DNA of 64,000 nt from an uncultured Acidimicrobiia bacterium (GCA_963836205.1 CAWIIV010000007.1:128001-192000), one strand, 5' to 3'. Positions 12,607 to 22,546 are shown, numbered from the stretch's first letter. The notes: generated by a model from the sequence alone, not told the origin. A program made the numbers and translations.

Positions 12607-13354
12607 GAGCGCCCTCGGGGCCCTCTACGACCACGTCGGCCCGCTCCAGCAGCTCCGACGGCGACTCCGGGCTGCGCACCGCCACCCGGGCGATGGTGAC
12701 GTCGCCGTCGGCGGCCAGCCGTTCGAGGGCGTCGAAGGCGTCGAGGTCGCCCCGGTCGTCGCCCACGAACAGCACGTGGCTGAGGCCGTCCGCCGACTCG
12801 GCCAGCACCAGCCCCTTGTCGTGGGGGAGGGGCGGGCGCAGCTCGTACGACATCCGGGCGGGGTGGACGGACAGCCCCGAGCGGGTGGCGGCGTCGGCCG
12901 TCCACTCCCGGGCCAGGTCGGCGTAGCCGGGGGAGATCCGGAAGTGGACGGCGACCGAGAGGTCCTTGCGCTCCACCCCCAGGGCCGGCGGCAGCTCGGC
13001 CTCGGCCCGGGCCGCCACCTCTTCGACCACGCTCCGCCAGCGCTTGGCCGCCGCCACCGGGCGCACACCGTCGGCCGTGACGACCTCCAGCCCGTAGAGG
13101 CCGGTGAGGGCGATCCCCCTCCCACCCAGGTGCTCGGCCAGGAAGGCCCCGGGACGGCCGGAGATCACGCCCACCCGGGCGTAGCAGTGAGCGAGGGCCT
13201 CGAGGGCCTCCGGGGCACCGGGGAGGGGACGGGCAGTGGTGGGATCGTCGACGATGAGGGCCAGGGTGCCGTCGAAGTCGGAGAACACGCCGGCCGTGTG
13301 GGAGTGGGCGGTGAAGGCCGAGATCACGCCCTGGGCGTCGCGCGAGAGGGCCAT
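12545..13354 (-). CDS. otsB: Trehalose-phosphatase (HAD IIB)
   Basis: DFDGTL, ISGR, GLYGLE, DKG, VGDDRGD. Confidence 0.92.
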   Translation of the reverse strand: MALSRDAQGVISAFTAHSHTAGVFSDFDGTLALIVDDPTTARPLPGAPEALEALAHCYARVGVISGRPGAFLAEHLGGRGIALTGLYGLEVVTADGVRPVAAAKRWRSVVEEVAARAEAELPPALGVERKDLSVAVHFRISPGYADLAREWTADAATRSGLSVHPARMSYELRPPLPHDKGLVLAESADGLSHVLFVGDDRGDLDAFDALERLAADGDVTIARVAVRSPESPSELLERADVVVEGPEGALSLLQALAPSSPHPPNPGAR

Positions 13355-13372
13355 ACCGGTATCTTTGCCGCC

Positions 13373-14188
13373 GTGTCCCGACTTGGCCGGTATCGCCTGC
13401 CCCTCCTCGTGTTCGCCGGCGTCTTCGTGGTCGCCGGAACCCTCACCGGGTGCAGCGAGGACAAGGTGCAGGTGGCCTTCCGGCCCAAGGTGGGCGACAG
13501 CTTCCGTTACGAGCTGAAGGTGAAGTCGGTGACGGTCACCAAGCTCGGCACCGGCGCCCCCGAGCGCTCGGTCGACGAGGCCACCCTGGAGGCCACCGAC
13601 ACCGTCCTCGCCGCCGACCCCGAGGAGGTTCGGGTGCAGGTGGTCCTGCGCCGGGCGGGCTCACCCGACCGCAGCTTCGTCGTCCGCTTCGACCGGGCCG
13701 CCCAGCTGTCGGGCGTGGAGACGGTGGAGGGCCTGCCGCCGAGCGTCCTCGGTCCCCTGGCCTTCCCCGAGTTCCTGCCCGCGGCCGCCGCCGCCCCGCC
13801 CCTGCGCATGCTGAAGCCGGGGGAGAAGTGGAAGATCGACACCAAGCCCGTCCTCCCCGGAGGGGTCGAGGCCCACTTCGAGGGCACCGGGCGGCTGGTG
13901 AAGGTGGGCTCGTCGGGCGGGCGCAAGGTGGCGTCGTTGCAGTCCGACACCCGGCTGCCGTTGGTGAGCTCGAGCCAGGTGGGCAACATCACCGTTGCCC
14001 TGGAAGGGGTGGAGACCACCAGCGCCACCGCCACCCGGGCCTTGTCGGACGGGTCGGTGCAGGCGGCGTCGTCGCTGACGAAGGGCGACTTCCAGGTGAC
14101 CCTTACCGGCCCCGGCGGCGAGGACGCTCCCCCGGTGACGGGCACCATGACGGTGGAGATCCGCTCGGAGACGCGTCGCCTGTCGTGA
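13373..14188 (+). CDS. Hypothetical lipoprotein
   Basis: Signal peptide with lipobox LTG-C; host-like codon usage. Confidence 0.75.
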   Translation: MSRLGRYRLPLLVFAGVFVVAGTLTGCSEDKVQVAFRPKVGDSFRYELKVKSVTVTKLGTGAPERSVDEATLEATDTVLAADPEEVRVQVVLRRAGSPDRSFVVRFDRAAQLSGVETVEGLPPSVLGPLAFPEFLPAAAAAPPLRMLKPGEKWKIDTKPVLPGGVEAHFEGTGRLVKVGSSGGRKVASLQSDTRLPLVSSSQVGNITVALEGVETTSATATRALSDGSVQAASSLTKGDFQVTLTGPGGEDAPPVTGTMTVEIRSETRRLS

Positions 14189-14212
14189 GCGCGTCCGCCG
14201 GCGCCGCGTGCG

Positions 14213-14793
14213 TCAGGCGACGGTGGTGGAGGTGGTGGTGGTGACGTTGCGGGCGAGATCGGCACCGAGCAGGACGATGACGCTGGCGCCCTGGGTGTCG
14301 GGCACGGCCGGGGAGTTCAGGGGTTGCGCCGCGGTGCCGGGGAGGCCGAGGGTGAGGGCGATGGCCTGGGCCTCGGCCTGGTACCCGTCGGCGTACTGGA
14401 CGCTGGTGGCATCGAGGGCCTTGGTGGCGTCGACCGCGGTGAGCGTGTTGTAGCTCAGGGCCTTGAGGGCGTCGGCGGTCTGGCTGCCGAGGCCGCGGAT
14501 GCCCGTGCCGTTGGCCACCAGGACGGTGACCTCGGACGGCGCCCGGCTGGCGATCGTCGAGGGCGTGGTGGCCGCCGGCCCCGACGGCACGGTCGAGTTG
14601 GTGGACGAACCGCCGGACGGGATGGTGGTGACGCCGGTGTCGAGGCCCACGCCACTGTCGAAGTCGGTGTCGAAGGCCTGGAGCAGGACGATGCCCAGGA
14701 TGGCGGCCACGGCCAGCAGGATCGCGCCCCGCGCCCCGCGCTGCCGCCCGCGGACGCGGCCCGACCCCCGGCCCGGTTGGCGGGCTGGTTCAC
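14213..14793 (-). CDS. LytR C-terminal domain membrane protein (5' frameshift near 14730)
   Basis: TM helix, Thr-rich linker, VTVLVANGTGIRGLG...VIVLLGAD; likely GTG start at 14793 out of frame. Confidence 0.75.
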
Positions 14794-14898
14794 GCGGAGG
14801 TCCTCGACGGTGCCGGCGCGGGCGTCACCGCGGTCACGGCGGTCATGGCGGTCCGGGGAGGTACGGCCCACGCACCCGGCAGAGCCGGGCCGGTGCCG

Positions 14899-15156
14899 TC
14901 ACCGGAACCGGCGTTCGGCCGGGCGGCCTTCGATACGGGCCCGGCGGCGGTCGACGCGCAGGCGCCGGAGTCGGCGGACCACCAGCGGGTCGTAGCGGAG
15001 GGCGTCGGGCGAGGTGAGCAGGACGCCGAGCACCTGGTAGTAGCGGGCCGGGGAGAGGGCGAAGCGGTGACGGATGGCGGCCTCCTTGGAGCCCGCCTCC
15101 TGCCACCAGGCGCGCTCGAAGTCGAGGATCGCCCGGTCGCGGTCGGAGAGTGCCAT
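14899..15156 (-). CDS. DUF3263 family protein
   Basis: LSDRDRAILDFERAWW...GSKEAAIR...RYYQ...YDPLVVRRLRR. Confidence 0.88.
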   Translation of the reverse strand: MALSDRDRAILDFERAWWQEAGSKEAAIRHRFALSPARYYQVLGVLLTSPDALRYDPLVVRRLRRLRVDRRRARIEGRPAERRFR

Positions 15157-15324
15157 TGGCGTCAGGCTGCCCTCCGGGAGTCCCAAGATCAAGGACCCCC
15201 GTGGTGGCCGTACTCGGGGCGGCGGCGCCGGCATCGGTCGGGGCGCCGTCGGGTCGGCCTCGTCGCACGTCGTCAGGCTATCCGGCCGTCCCGCCGCCGG
15301 CCCTTCGGTAGCCTGGGACCTCCG

Positions 15325-15398
15325 GCCGGTGTGGCGCAGTCCGGTAGCGCAGGCGACTTGTAATCGTCAGGCCGTCGGTTCGAATCCGACCACCGGCT
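15325..15398 (+). tRNA. tRNA-Thr(UGU), CCA not encoded
   Basis: Acceptor GCCGGTG/CACCGGC, D-loop GGTA, anticodon loop CT-TGT-AA, T-loop TTCGAAT. Confidence 0.95.
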
Positions 15399-15428
15399 CT
15401 CTGCTCGTGCCGATGCCGTTTGGCCGGC

Positions 15429-16088
15429 TCAGATGAGGGCGGGCGCGGCGACGGCGGCGTCGTCGGCGGAGCGGGCGGCCAGGTGGCCCTCCAGCTTGCG
15501 CTTGACCCGTTGGAGGGCGTTGTCGATCGACTTCACCTGGCGGCCCAGGCGGTCGCCGATCTCCTGGTACGACCGTCCCTCGACGTAGAGGGCGAGCACG
15601 TCGACCTCCAGCTCCGACAGCGTCCGGGCCAGCGACGCCTGCATAGCAGCCAGGTCCTCCGACGACACCAGCTCGTCGGCCGGGTCGGGCACCTGGTGGT
15701 GGGGCAGCTCGTCGACCAGGGGCTCGCCGGGGTCGTCGACCAGGCGCAGGCCCCACAGGGAGATGTACTGGTTGAGGGGACGGTGCTTCTGGCGGGTGGC
15801 GGTCTTGATGGCGGTGTGGAGCTGGCGGGTGACGCACAGCTCGGCGAAGGCCCGGAACGACGCCTCCCGGTCGGGCCGGTAGTCGCGGACGGCCTTGAAC
15901 AGGCCGATCATCCCCTCCTGCTCCAGGTCGTCGGGACCGCCGCCGGCCATGAAGTACCCCCGGGCCCGGGCTTGGACGAAGCGCCGGTAGCGCTCGAGCA
16001 GCAGGTTGAGGGCGTCCTCCTCGCCGAGGTGGCAGCGGGCGACGAGGATGTCGTCGGGGACCTGCACGGTGCTGCGAAGGAAGGGCAA
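15429..16088 (-). CDS. sigH: RNA polymerase sigma factor, Bacillus/Clostridium SigH (Spo0H)-like
   Basis: YF-GG--DDLEQEGMIGLFKAVRDY, SFRAFAELCVTRQ-TAIKTATRQKH-PLNQYISL, SYQEI, KSIDNALQRVKRK; RBS AGGAG before TTG. Confidence 0.9.
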   Translation of the reverse strand: MPFLRSTVQVPDDILVARCHLGEEDALNLLLERYRRFVQARARGYFMAGGGPDDLEQEGMIGLFKAVRDYRPDREASFRAFAELCVTRQLHTAIKTATRQKHRPLNQYISLWGLRLVDDPGEPLVDELPHHQVPDPADELVSSEDLAAMQASLARTLSELEVDVLALYVEGRSYQEIGDRLGRQVKSIDNALQRVKRKLEGHLAARSADDAAVAAPALI

Positions 16089-16164
16089 AGCGTGCTCCTG
16101 CGATGGTCCGACGCGTGGTGGGATGGCTGCTGTGCGCTGTGCGTGACGGCTGCTGTGCGTGACG

Positions 16165-16193
16165 ATTGTCTGTCGCGGAGGTGAACATTTCAA
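16165..16193 (-). promoter_or_regulatory. SigA-type promoter for sigH
   Basis: TTGAAA-N17-GACAAT on minus strand, followed by GTCACGCACAGC direct repeats in the leader. Confidence 0.6.
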
Positions 16194-16208
16194 TGGCCGG
16201 AAGGGAAA

Positions 16209-16964
16209 TTCACCTCTCCGGCGGGCCACTTCGTAGAGGGCGAGGGTGCCGGCGGCGGCCACGTTGAGCGACGGGAGGGCGCCGGCCATGGGGATCGACG
16301 CCACCAGGTCGCACCGCTGGCGGACGAGGCGGGACAGGCCGTCGCCCTCGGAACCGACCACCAGCACCAACGGTTCGGTGGCCAGGTTGAGGTCGAACAG
16401 GCTGGCGTCGCCGTCGTCGGCCAGGCCCACCACCCAGCACCCCAGCTCCTTGGCCCGGGCCAGGGCCGCGGGCAGGCCGGGCACCACCGCAAGGGCGACG
16501 TGCTCCACCGCCCCCGCGGCGGCCTTGGTGACGGCCGGGGTCACGTGGGCCGACCGGCGCCGGGTGAGGATGGCGCCGGTCGCGCCGGCCCCATCGGCGC
16601 TGCGGAGAAGGGCTCCAAGGTTGCGAGGGTCGGTGACTCCGTCGAGGGCGAGGAGAAACGGCTTGGCCGCCGGGCCGTCGTCGGCGTCGTCGGGGTCGAG
16701 GCCGGGGCCGGGGTGGCAGAGGCGGTCGAAGTCGGCCTCGGGGACGGGCGCGGCGTGCGCCAGCACCCCTTGGGGGGACTCGGTGGCCGCCTCCCGGTCG
16801 AGGACGACCCGGGCCGTATGGCGGACGGGGACCCGCCGGCGCTCGGCCTCGGCCACGATCTGGTCGAGGATGGGGGCGCGATCGGCGCCCTCGGCCATCC
16901 ACACGTCGTAGACCTTGCGCCGACCGGCCCGCAGCAGCTCGGCCACCGCCTGGCGACCCTCCAC
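16209..16964 (-). CDS. rlmB: 23S rRNA (G2251-2'-O)-methyltransferase; stop not in frame, reads through into sigH as assembled
   Basis: EQVEGRQAV, PQGV, LDGVTDPRNLGALLRSA, VGSEGDGL, SLNVAAA. Confidence 0.88.
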
Positions 16965-17118
16965 CTGCTCACCGCCGAGGCCGTCGTGGCCCCGGTCGGC
17001 CGGTCGCGCGGCGCGAGGAGCGCGTTCGCCGGGGGGTCTGCTTCGGCCGGGGACGGGCTTGTTCCGCCGGGGCGGCGGGCGCCGCCCCGGGACCGGCGGG
17101 CTCGCTACGGGAGCGCCC

Positions 17119-17598
17119 TTACGGGAGGGCCTCGTCGAGCTTCTTCTCCGCCTCTTCCTCGCTGACGCTGAGGGCGAAGGTGAGCTCGGAGACCAGGATC
17201 TGGCGGGCCTTGGTGAGCATGCGCTTCTCGCCGGCGGAGAGTCCCTTGTCCTTCTCCCGGATGGACAGGTTCCGCACCACTTCGGCCACCTGGTAGATGT
17301 CGCCCGACTTCAGCTTCTCGACGTGGTTCTTGAAGCGCCGCGACCAGTTGGTGGGCATCCGCGCCTCCTTCTTGCGAAGGACGGCGAAGACCTCCTCGAC
17401 CTCCTCGTCGTTGATGACCTCCCGCAGGCCCACTTCCTCGGTGTTGTCGGCCGGCACCATGAGGGTGAGGTCGCCGTACGCCAGGCGCAGGACCAAGTAC
17501 TCCCGATCGGCGCCGAAGGCATCCCGACGCTCGCGTCGCTCGATGACCGCAGCCCCGTGATGGGGGTAAACGACCTTGTCACCTACGTCGAAGGGCAT
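17119..17598 (-). CDS. carD: CarD family transcriptional regulator
   Basis: FDVGDKVVYPHHGA, NWSRRFK, LSAGEKRML. Confidence 0.96.
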   Translation of the reverse strand: MPFDVGDKVVYPHHGAAVIERRERRDAFGADREYLVLRLAYGDLTLMVPADNTEEVGLREVINDEEVEEVFAVLRKKEARMPTNWSRRFKNHVEKLKSGDIYQVAEVVRNLSIREKDKGLSAGEKRMLTKARQILVSELTFALSVSEEEAEKKLDEALP

Positions 17599-17706
17599 AC
17601 GGCTCCCAGGGGGGAAAAGTGCTGGTGGGGACAACTCCAGAGTGCCAGGGAACGCGCCTGTACACCAACTGACCCGCTGATAGCGAGCCCGTGCTGATTA
17701 TTGGAC

Positions 17707-18780
17707 TCACCCATAGCGGTCGAGGACGCTGCTCTCGGCCAGGCGGGACAAGCCCTCCTGGATGGCCCGGGCCCGGCTCTCGCCCACGCCCTCGACCTCG
17801 TCGAGGTCGTCGACCGTGGCCCGCAGGATCTTGGGCAGGGTGCCGAAACGCTCGACGATGCGCTCGACGATGGCCTCCGGCAGGCGGGGGATCTTGTGCA
17901 GCAGCCGGTAGCCCTTGGGCTGGAGCCCGGCGTCGAGCTCGGCCTCGTTGCCCGACAGGTGGAGCACGGCGGTGACCGACTTGAGGTCGAGGAGGTCTTC
18001 GGTGGTGAGGTCGGCCAAGCCCTCCATGGCGTCGGCCAGGTGCCAGCCCTGGTCGGCGTGGAAGTAGTCCTTGATGACCAGGCGGCGGTCGTCCTCGACG
18101 CCACCCAGCAACTCCTCCAGCTGGAGGCGGATGAGGCGGCCGTCGGTGCCCAACTCGAGGATGTAGCCGTGGATCTCCTCCGCGATGCGCCGCACCATCT
18201 CCGTGCGCTGGAGGACGGTGACCACGTCGCGCACCGTCACCAGGTCCTCCACTTCGAGGGCGGACAGCGACCCCGACACCGCGTCGAGGCGGTTCTTGTA
18301 GCGCTCGAGAGTCTGTAATGCCTGGTTGGCCCGGCCGAGGAGGCGGGCGCTGGCATCCAGCGGGTGCTTGATGGTGCCGTGGTACACCGCGATCACCGAC
18401 ATGTCCTCGGACACCGAGATCACCGGCACGTGGATGGAGCGGGCCACCCGCTCGGCGGTGCGGTGGCGGGTACCCGTTTCGGACGTGGGCACGTTGGGAT
18501 TGGGGACGAGGTGGACGTTGGCCCGGGCGATGCGGCTGGCGTCGCCGGCGAGGATGATGGCGCCGTCCATCTTGGCCAGCTCGGACAGGCGCTGGGGGCT
18601 GAACTCGGCGTCGAGCAGGAAGCCGCCGGAGCATATGGCGAGCACCTCGGGACCGTCGCCGACGACGATCAGCGCCCCCCGGCTGCCCTGGAGGATGCGG
18701 TCGAGACCGTCGCGCAGTGGTGTCCCGGGCGCGACCATGGCCAGCGCGTCGATCACGGCGACGTCGCGCCGGATGGGCAC
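17707..18780 (-). CDS. disA: DNA integrity scanning diadenylate cyclase
   Basis: ELAKMDGA, ETGTRHRTAER, C-terminal HhH. Confidence 0.96.
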   Translation of the reverse strand: MPIRRDVAVIDALAMVAPGTPLRDGLDRILQGSRGALIVVGDGPEVLAICSGGFLLDAEFSPQRLSELAKMDGAIILAGDASRIARANVHLVPNPNVPTSETGTRHRTAERVARSIHVPVISVSEDMSVIAVYHGTIKHPLDASARLLGRANQALQTLERYKNRLDAVSGSLSALEVEDLVTVRDVVTVLQRTEMVRRIAEEIHGYILELGTDGRLIRLQLEELLGGVEDDRRLVIKDYFHADQGWHLADAMEGLADLTTEDLLDLKSVTAVLHLSGNEAELDAGLQPKGYRLLHKIPRLPEAIVERIVERFGTLPKILRATVDDLDEVEGVGESRARAIQEGLSRLAESSVLDRYG

Positions 18781-18816
18781 TATCGCGCCCCCGACCTTCG
18801 ACTCACGATCGCCATT

Positions 18817-20205
18817 CTACCTGCTCAGGCCCACCCGACCCATGGCCTCGGTGAGGGTGGCGGCCCGGATGGCCCGCACCCCAGGGGGTGGGTCGGGTGC
18901 CGACGCCGGCACCACCGCGGTGGTGAAGCCCAGCCGGGCCGCCTCCGCCAGCCGCCGGGGCGTCTGCCCGACCAGGCGCAGCTCGCCGCCGAGGCCGATC
19001 TCGCCACAGGCCACCAGGTCGCCGGGCAGGGGCTCGTTGTAGGCCGACGACGCCACCGCCAGGGCCAGGCCGAGGTCGGCCCCCGGCTCCACCACCCGGA
19101 CGCCACCCACGGCCAGGGCGAAGACGTCGGTGGTGGCCAGCTTGAGGTCGAGCTCGCGGTCGAGCACGGCCAGCAGCAGGGCCAGGCGACCGCCGTCGAC
19201 GCCCTGGGCCGAGCGCCGGGGGTTGGGGATGGTGGTGGGCGTGGCCGCCACCAGCGCCTGCAGCTCGACCAACAGCGGCCGTTGGCCGTCGAGGGTAGGG
19301 ACCACCACCGAGCCGGGGGTGCCGGGTCGGCGATCGGCCAGGAACAGGGCGCCGGCGTCGGGCACGCCCTCCAACCCGGTGCCCGTCATCTCGAACAGGC
19401 CCAGTTCGTTGCTCGACCCGAACCGGTGCTTGGTGGCCCGCAGCAGGCGCAGGGCGTGGTGGCGCTCGCCTTCGAAGGACAGGACGGTGTCGACCACGTG
19501 CTCGAGCACCCGGGGCCCGGCCAGGCCCCCGTCCTTGGTGACGTGGCCCACCAGCACGACGGCCAGGTTGCGCTCCTTGGCCACCCGCACCAGGCGGTGG
19601 GCGCACTCCCGGACCTGGGTGACGGTGCCGGGGGCGGACGACAGATCGGGGTCGAACACGGTCTGGATGGAGTCGATGACGACGATGGCCGGGGCCACCT
19701 CGTCGAGGGCGGTGAGGATGGCGGGCAGCTCGGTCTCGGACAGGAGCCACAGCCGGGGGTGGAGGGCACCGAGCCGCTCGGCCCGCAGGCGGACCTGCTG
19801 CGCCGACTCCTCGGCCGAGACGAGGAGGCCCCGGTGGGCGGCACCGGCCATCGCCGCCAGGGCCTGGAGGAGGAGGGTGGACTTGCCGATGCCCGGTTCG
19901 CCTCCGATGAGGGTGACCGACCCCGGCACGAGCCCGCCGCCGAGGACCCGGTCGAGCTCGGGGACGCCCGTGGGCGTTGGTCGCCAAGCGGCGATGTCGA
20001 CTTCGGAGATCGGCATGGCCGTGGCCGGCGGACCCACTCGCGGCGGCCGGGCCCGGGCCGCCCGGCCGAGGCCACCGGCAGCTTCGGGGGGGGCCGTTTC
20101 CTCGTGCAACGAGTTCCAGGCCCCGCACCCCGGGCACCGCCCCACCCACCTGGCCGCCTCCGCCCCGCAGCCGGCACACCGGTATGTCGTTCGCACCCGT
20201 CCCAT
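18817..20205 (-). CDS. radA: DNA repair protein RadA/Sms
   Basis: CxxC-WxGxCxxC Zn finger, GGEPGIGKST, IDSIQT, KHRFG. Confidence 0.96.
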   Translation of the reverse strand: MGRVRTTYRCAGCGAEAARWVGRCPGCGAWNSLHEETAPPEAAGGLGRAARARPPRVGPPATAMPISEVDIAAWRPTPTGVPELDRVLGGGLVPGSVTLIGGEPGIGKSTLLLQALAAMAGAAHRGLLVSAEESAQQVRLRAERLGALHPRLWLLSETELPAILTALDEVAPAIVVIDSIQTVFDPDLSSAPGTVTQVRECAHRLVRVAKERNLAVVLVGHVTKDGGLAGPRVLEHVVDTVLSFEGERHHALRLLRATKHRFGSSNELGLFEMTGTGLEGVPDAGALFLADRRPGTPGSVVVPTLDGQRPLLVELQALVAATPTTIPNPRRSAQGVDGGRLALLLAVLDRELDLKLATTDVFALAVGGVRVVEPGADLGLALAVASSAYNEPLPGDLVACGEIGLGGELRLVGQTPRRLAEAARLGFTTAVVPASAPDPPPGVRAIRAATLTEAMGRVGLSR

Positions 20206-20213
20206 GCCGGCGC

Positions 20214-20235
20214 AACCTACCGAGGGGCTGCGACA
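20214..20235 (-). promoter_or_regulatory. PafBC/RecA-NDp-type DNA-damage promoter of radA
   Basis: TGTCGC-N10-TAGGTT, 8 nt before ATG. Confidence 0.7.
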
Positions 20236-20437
20236 GTTTCGGGGACCGGGTGCCTCCGCGGGTCGGTCTCGGCCAGGACGGGCGACCCGGGCGGGGCTCG
20301 TCCGGTGGGTCGGCCCGGTCGGCCCCTTCCTGGCGGGCGGCATCGCCCTGCACCTGGGCGCCGAGCGGCGCTGAGAGGTAGTCACGGAAGTCCACCGACC
20401 GCCGCTCCCTGCGCCGAACCGGGGACAGCCCGCGCCA

Positions 20438-20615
20438 CGACCTCGAACCGGTGACGGATCTGGTGGCCAGGACCACCGAATTCGTCACCGGTTGGCGGGC
20501 CGACCTCGAACCGGTGACGGATCTGGTGGCCAGGACCACCGAATTCGTCACCGGTTGGCGGGCCGACCTCGAACCGGTGACGGATCTGGTGGCCAGGACC
20601 ACCGAATTCGTCACC
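20438..20615. repeat. 63-bp tandem repeat (~2.8 copies), each with a ~48-bp palindrome
   Basis: Identical units start at 20438, 20501, 20564; arms AACCGGTGACG...CGTCACCGGTT. Confidence 0.95.
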
Positions 20616-20623
20616 AGGTGGCG

Positions 20624-21330
20624 TCATGTGAGTGCCTCCAGGCCGGCGGCGCGGGGGACCAGGAGGCCGAGGGCGAGGCAGGCGGGGCAGCAGGCCTCGG
20701 CCGCGGCCTGGGGGCCCTTCCGTCGGCCCCGCTTGCGGATCCACAGGGCGAAGCCGGCGAGGGCCACGAGGGCCAGCACCGCCACCGCCGGCCCTTTGGC
20801 CGACTCGATCCGTTGCGGGCCACCGGCCCGAGGAGGTAGCCGAGGACCAGGTGGAGCTGGAGGAACACGCTGCTCCCCACCACGAGGGCGGGCAGGGCCC
20901 GGGCGACGGATATGCCCGAGCTCCCCGTGGCCAGCACCGTCAAGGTGCGCAGGCCGGGGGTGGCCCGGCCGACGGCAAGGGCGCCCCGACCCTTGCGCTC
21001 GACCAGCGCCGTTGCCTTCGCCAGCCGCTCGGCGGTGAGGCCGAGACGGGGGCCGAGGCGGCCGATCACGGCCCGTCCCGGACCCCGGCAGGCGAGGAGA
21101 AGGGCGCCGGTGCCTACGACCGCGACCACTTCGAGGAGCAGGACGGCGGCCCACAGGGGAAACGTCCCCGCCGCAGTGCGCTCGCCGAGGACGAGCACGA
21201 CCAGGTCGGACGGGATGGGGATAGGGACACCCGCTTCCATCGCCACCAGGAGCACGCCCAGTCCGGGCAGGCCGAGACCCGCGCCCGCCCCCGCCCCCGC
21301 CTCGGTGGCCACCGCGACCCCCCGGTGCAC
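20624..21330 (-). CDS. DedA/VTT family membrane protein (frameshift near 20810)
   Basis: MEAGVPIPIPSD, GRATPGLR; C-terminal TM and ACCPAC in the next frame. Confidence 0.75.
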
Positions 21331-21346
21331 CGGCGCCGGCGAGGCC

Positions 21347-21541
21347 TTAGCGGCGGACGGCGGCCAGCAGGCGGTCGCTGGTGGCGGTGATCTCCTCGAC
21401 GGCCCGTTCGAAGGCCTCCTGGTTGGCCTTCGACGGCTGGCGGAAGCCGCTGATCTTGCGCACGAACTGAAGGGCGGCGGCCTGCACCTCCTCGGGGGTG
21501 ACCGTCTCCTGGGTCCGCAGGGTCTTGATGCTCCGGCACAT
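21347..21541 (-). CDS. DUF2277 family protein
   Basis: MCRSIKTL...AAALQFVRKISGF..PS.AN..AF. Confidence 0.88.
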   Translation of the reverse strand: MCRSIKTLRTQETVTPEEVQAAALQFVRKISGFRQPSKANQEAFERAVEEITATSDRLLAAVRR

Positions 21542-21551
21542 GGTGCCGAAA

Positions 21552-22347
21552 CTACCGCCGCGACCGCCGCTTTCGCCGACGGACCCGCGCCCGGAGCGCG
21601 ACCGCCGTCAGTCCGGCTGCCACCAGCACCAGGGCGAGGACGCCGTAGACCAGGGGTCCGAGCCGGCGGAGGTCGCCGGTGGCGGCGAGCTCGAGCCGCT
21701 CCCCTGGTGTCGGCCGCCAGACGGCCCGGCCATTCTCGACCGTGGCGGTAGCGGAGCCGGTGGTCGCCTCGACGTTCCCCGGCAGCTTGGCCGACACCTC
21801 CACCCGCACCCGTTCGCCGAGGGCGTCGCCGAAACGACGCTGGAGGCCGTCGACGTCGAGGCCGAGGTCGAAGTCTCCCAGCGCGGCCTGGAGGTCGGCG
21901 TCGCTCAGCCCGGCCAGGCCGGCGGTGAGGTCGACCACGCCGGTGAACGACGTCCGGGTGTCGCAGCAACGACCGTTCCCGGGTCACCCGGAAGTCCCGG
22001 AAGGGCCCGTTCGGACCGCTCAGCTCGGCCGCCACCACCGCCGCCTCGTCGGGGTCGTCGAAGCCCTTCGCGGCCCGCACCCACGTGAGCCCGTCGTCCT
22101 CCTTGGCCGGGCCCTCCACCTCCCAGCCGGCGGCGCGCAGGTCGTCGACCCGCAGGGCACCGCCCAGGTCGCCGAGCTCGGCCAGGGCCTCGTCGTCGAA
22201 GCCGACCGCCGCGTGCACCGTGCCCGACCCGCCGGCCCGCAGGTCGATCCCCGCCGAGAGCGTGACCTGGCATCCGGTGGCGACCAAGGCCAGGGCCATG
22301 ACGGCCACGACGACGACGGCCCGCCGCGACGACACCCACCAGGCCAT
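21552..22347 (-). CDS. LppM-like lipoprotein with C-terminal TM (frameshift near 21960)
   Basis: Lipobox ATG-C, GGSGTV, LPG.V; C-terminal TM plus basic tail in the adjacent frame. Confidence 0.65.
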
Positions 22348-22489
22348 CCGTCGACCGTACTGGCGCCCCACCCGGGCAGGGTCCCACCCCGGTCGACGGG
22401 TCTACTGCCCTGGTCGCATGCTGTCGGACCGGTTGGGGTCCGGCGCCGTTGCCCGAACCGTGACCCGTGCGCCAAGCGGCCCGAGGCCA

Positions 22490-22534
22490 ACTGGTGACGG
22501 AAAGGGTCGCCTGGCGCCCGAAACCGTCGCCGGT
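22490..22534. repeat. Solo copy of the palindromic repeat family
   Basis: ACTGGTGACGG-AAAGGGTCGCCTGGCGCCCGAAA-CCGTCGCCGGT, similar to 20446-20493 and 40106-40156. Confidence 0.7.
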
Positions 22535-22546
22535 GCGCCGGTGGGG

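Noticed and set aside
15325-15430. Genomic island integrated at tRNA-Thr
   Set aside because: No integrase or duplicated tRNA 3' end seen; flanks are core genes.
15429-16964. True RlmB-SigH fusion protein
   Set aside because: Linker holds a promoter and RBS, and a stop codon lies one base off frame.
17616-17650. CIRCE-like half sites upstream of carD (also ~5856 and ~7607)
   Set aside because: Half sites only, not in the inverted N9 arrangement.
20240-20436. Small gene or N-terminal extension of radA
   Set aside because: No recognisable product; radA has its own promoter and ATG at 20205.
20438-20615. CRISPR array
   Set aside because: Linkers are identical and only 15 bp; no cas genes in the window.
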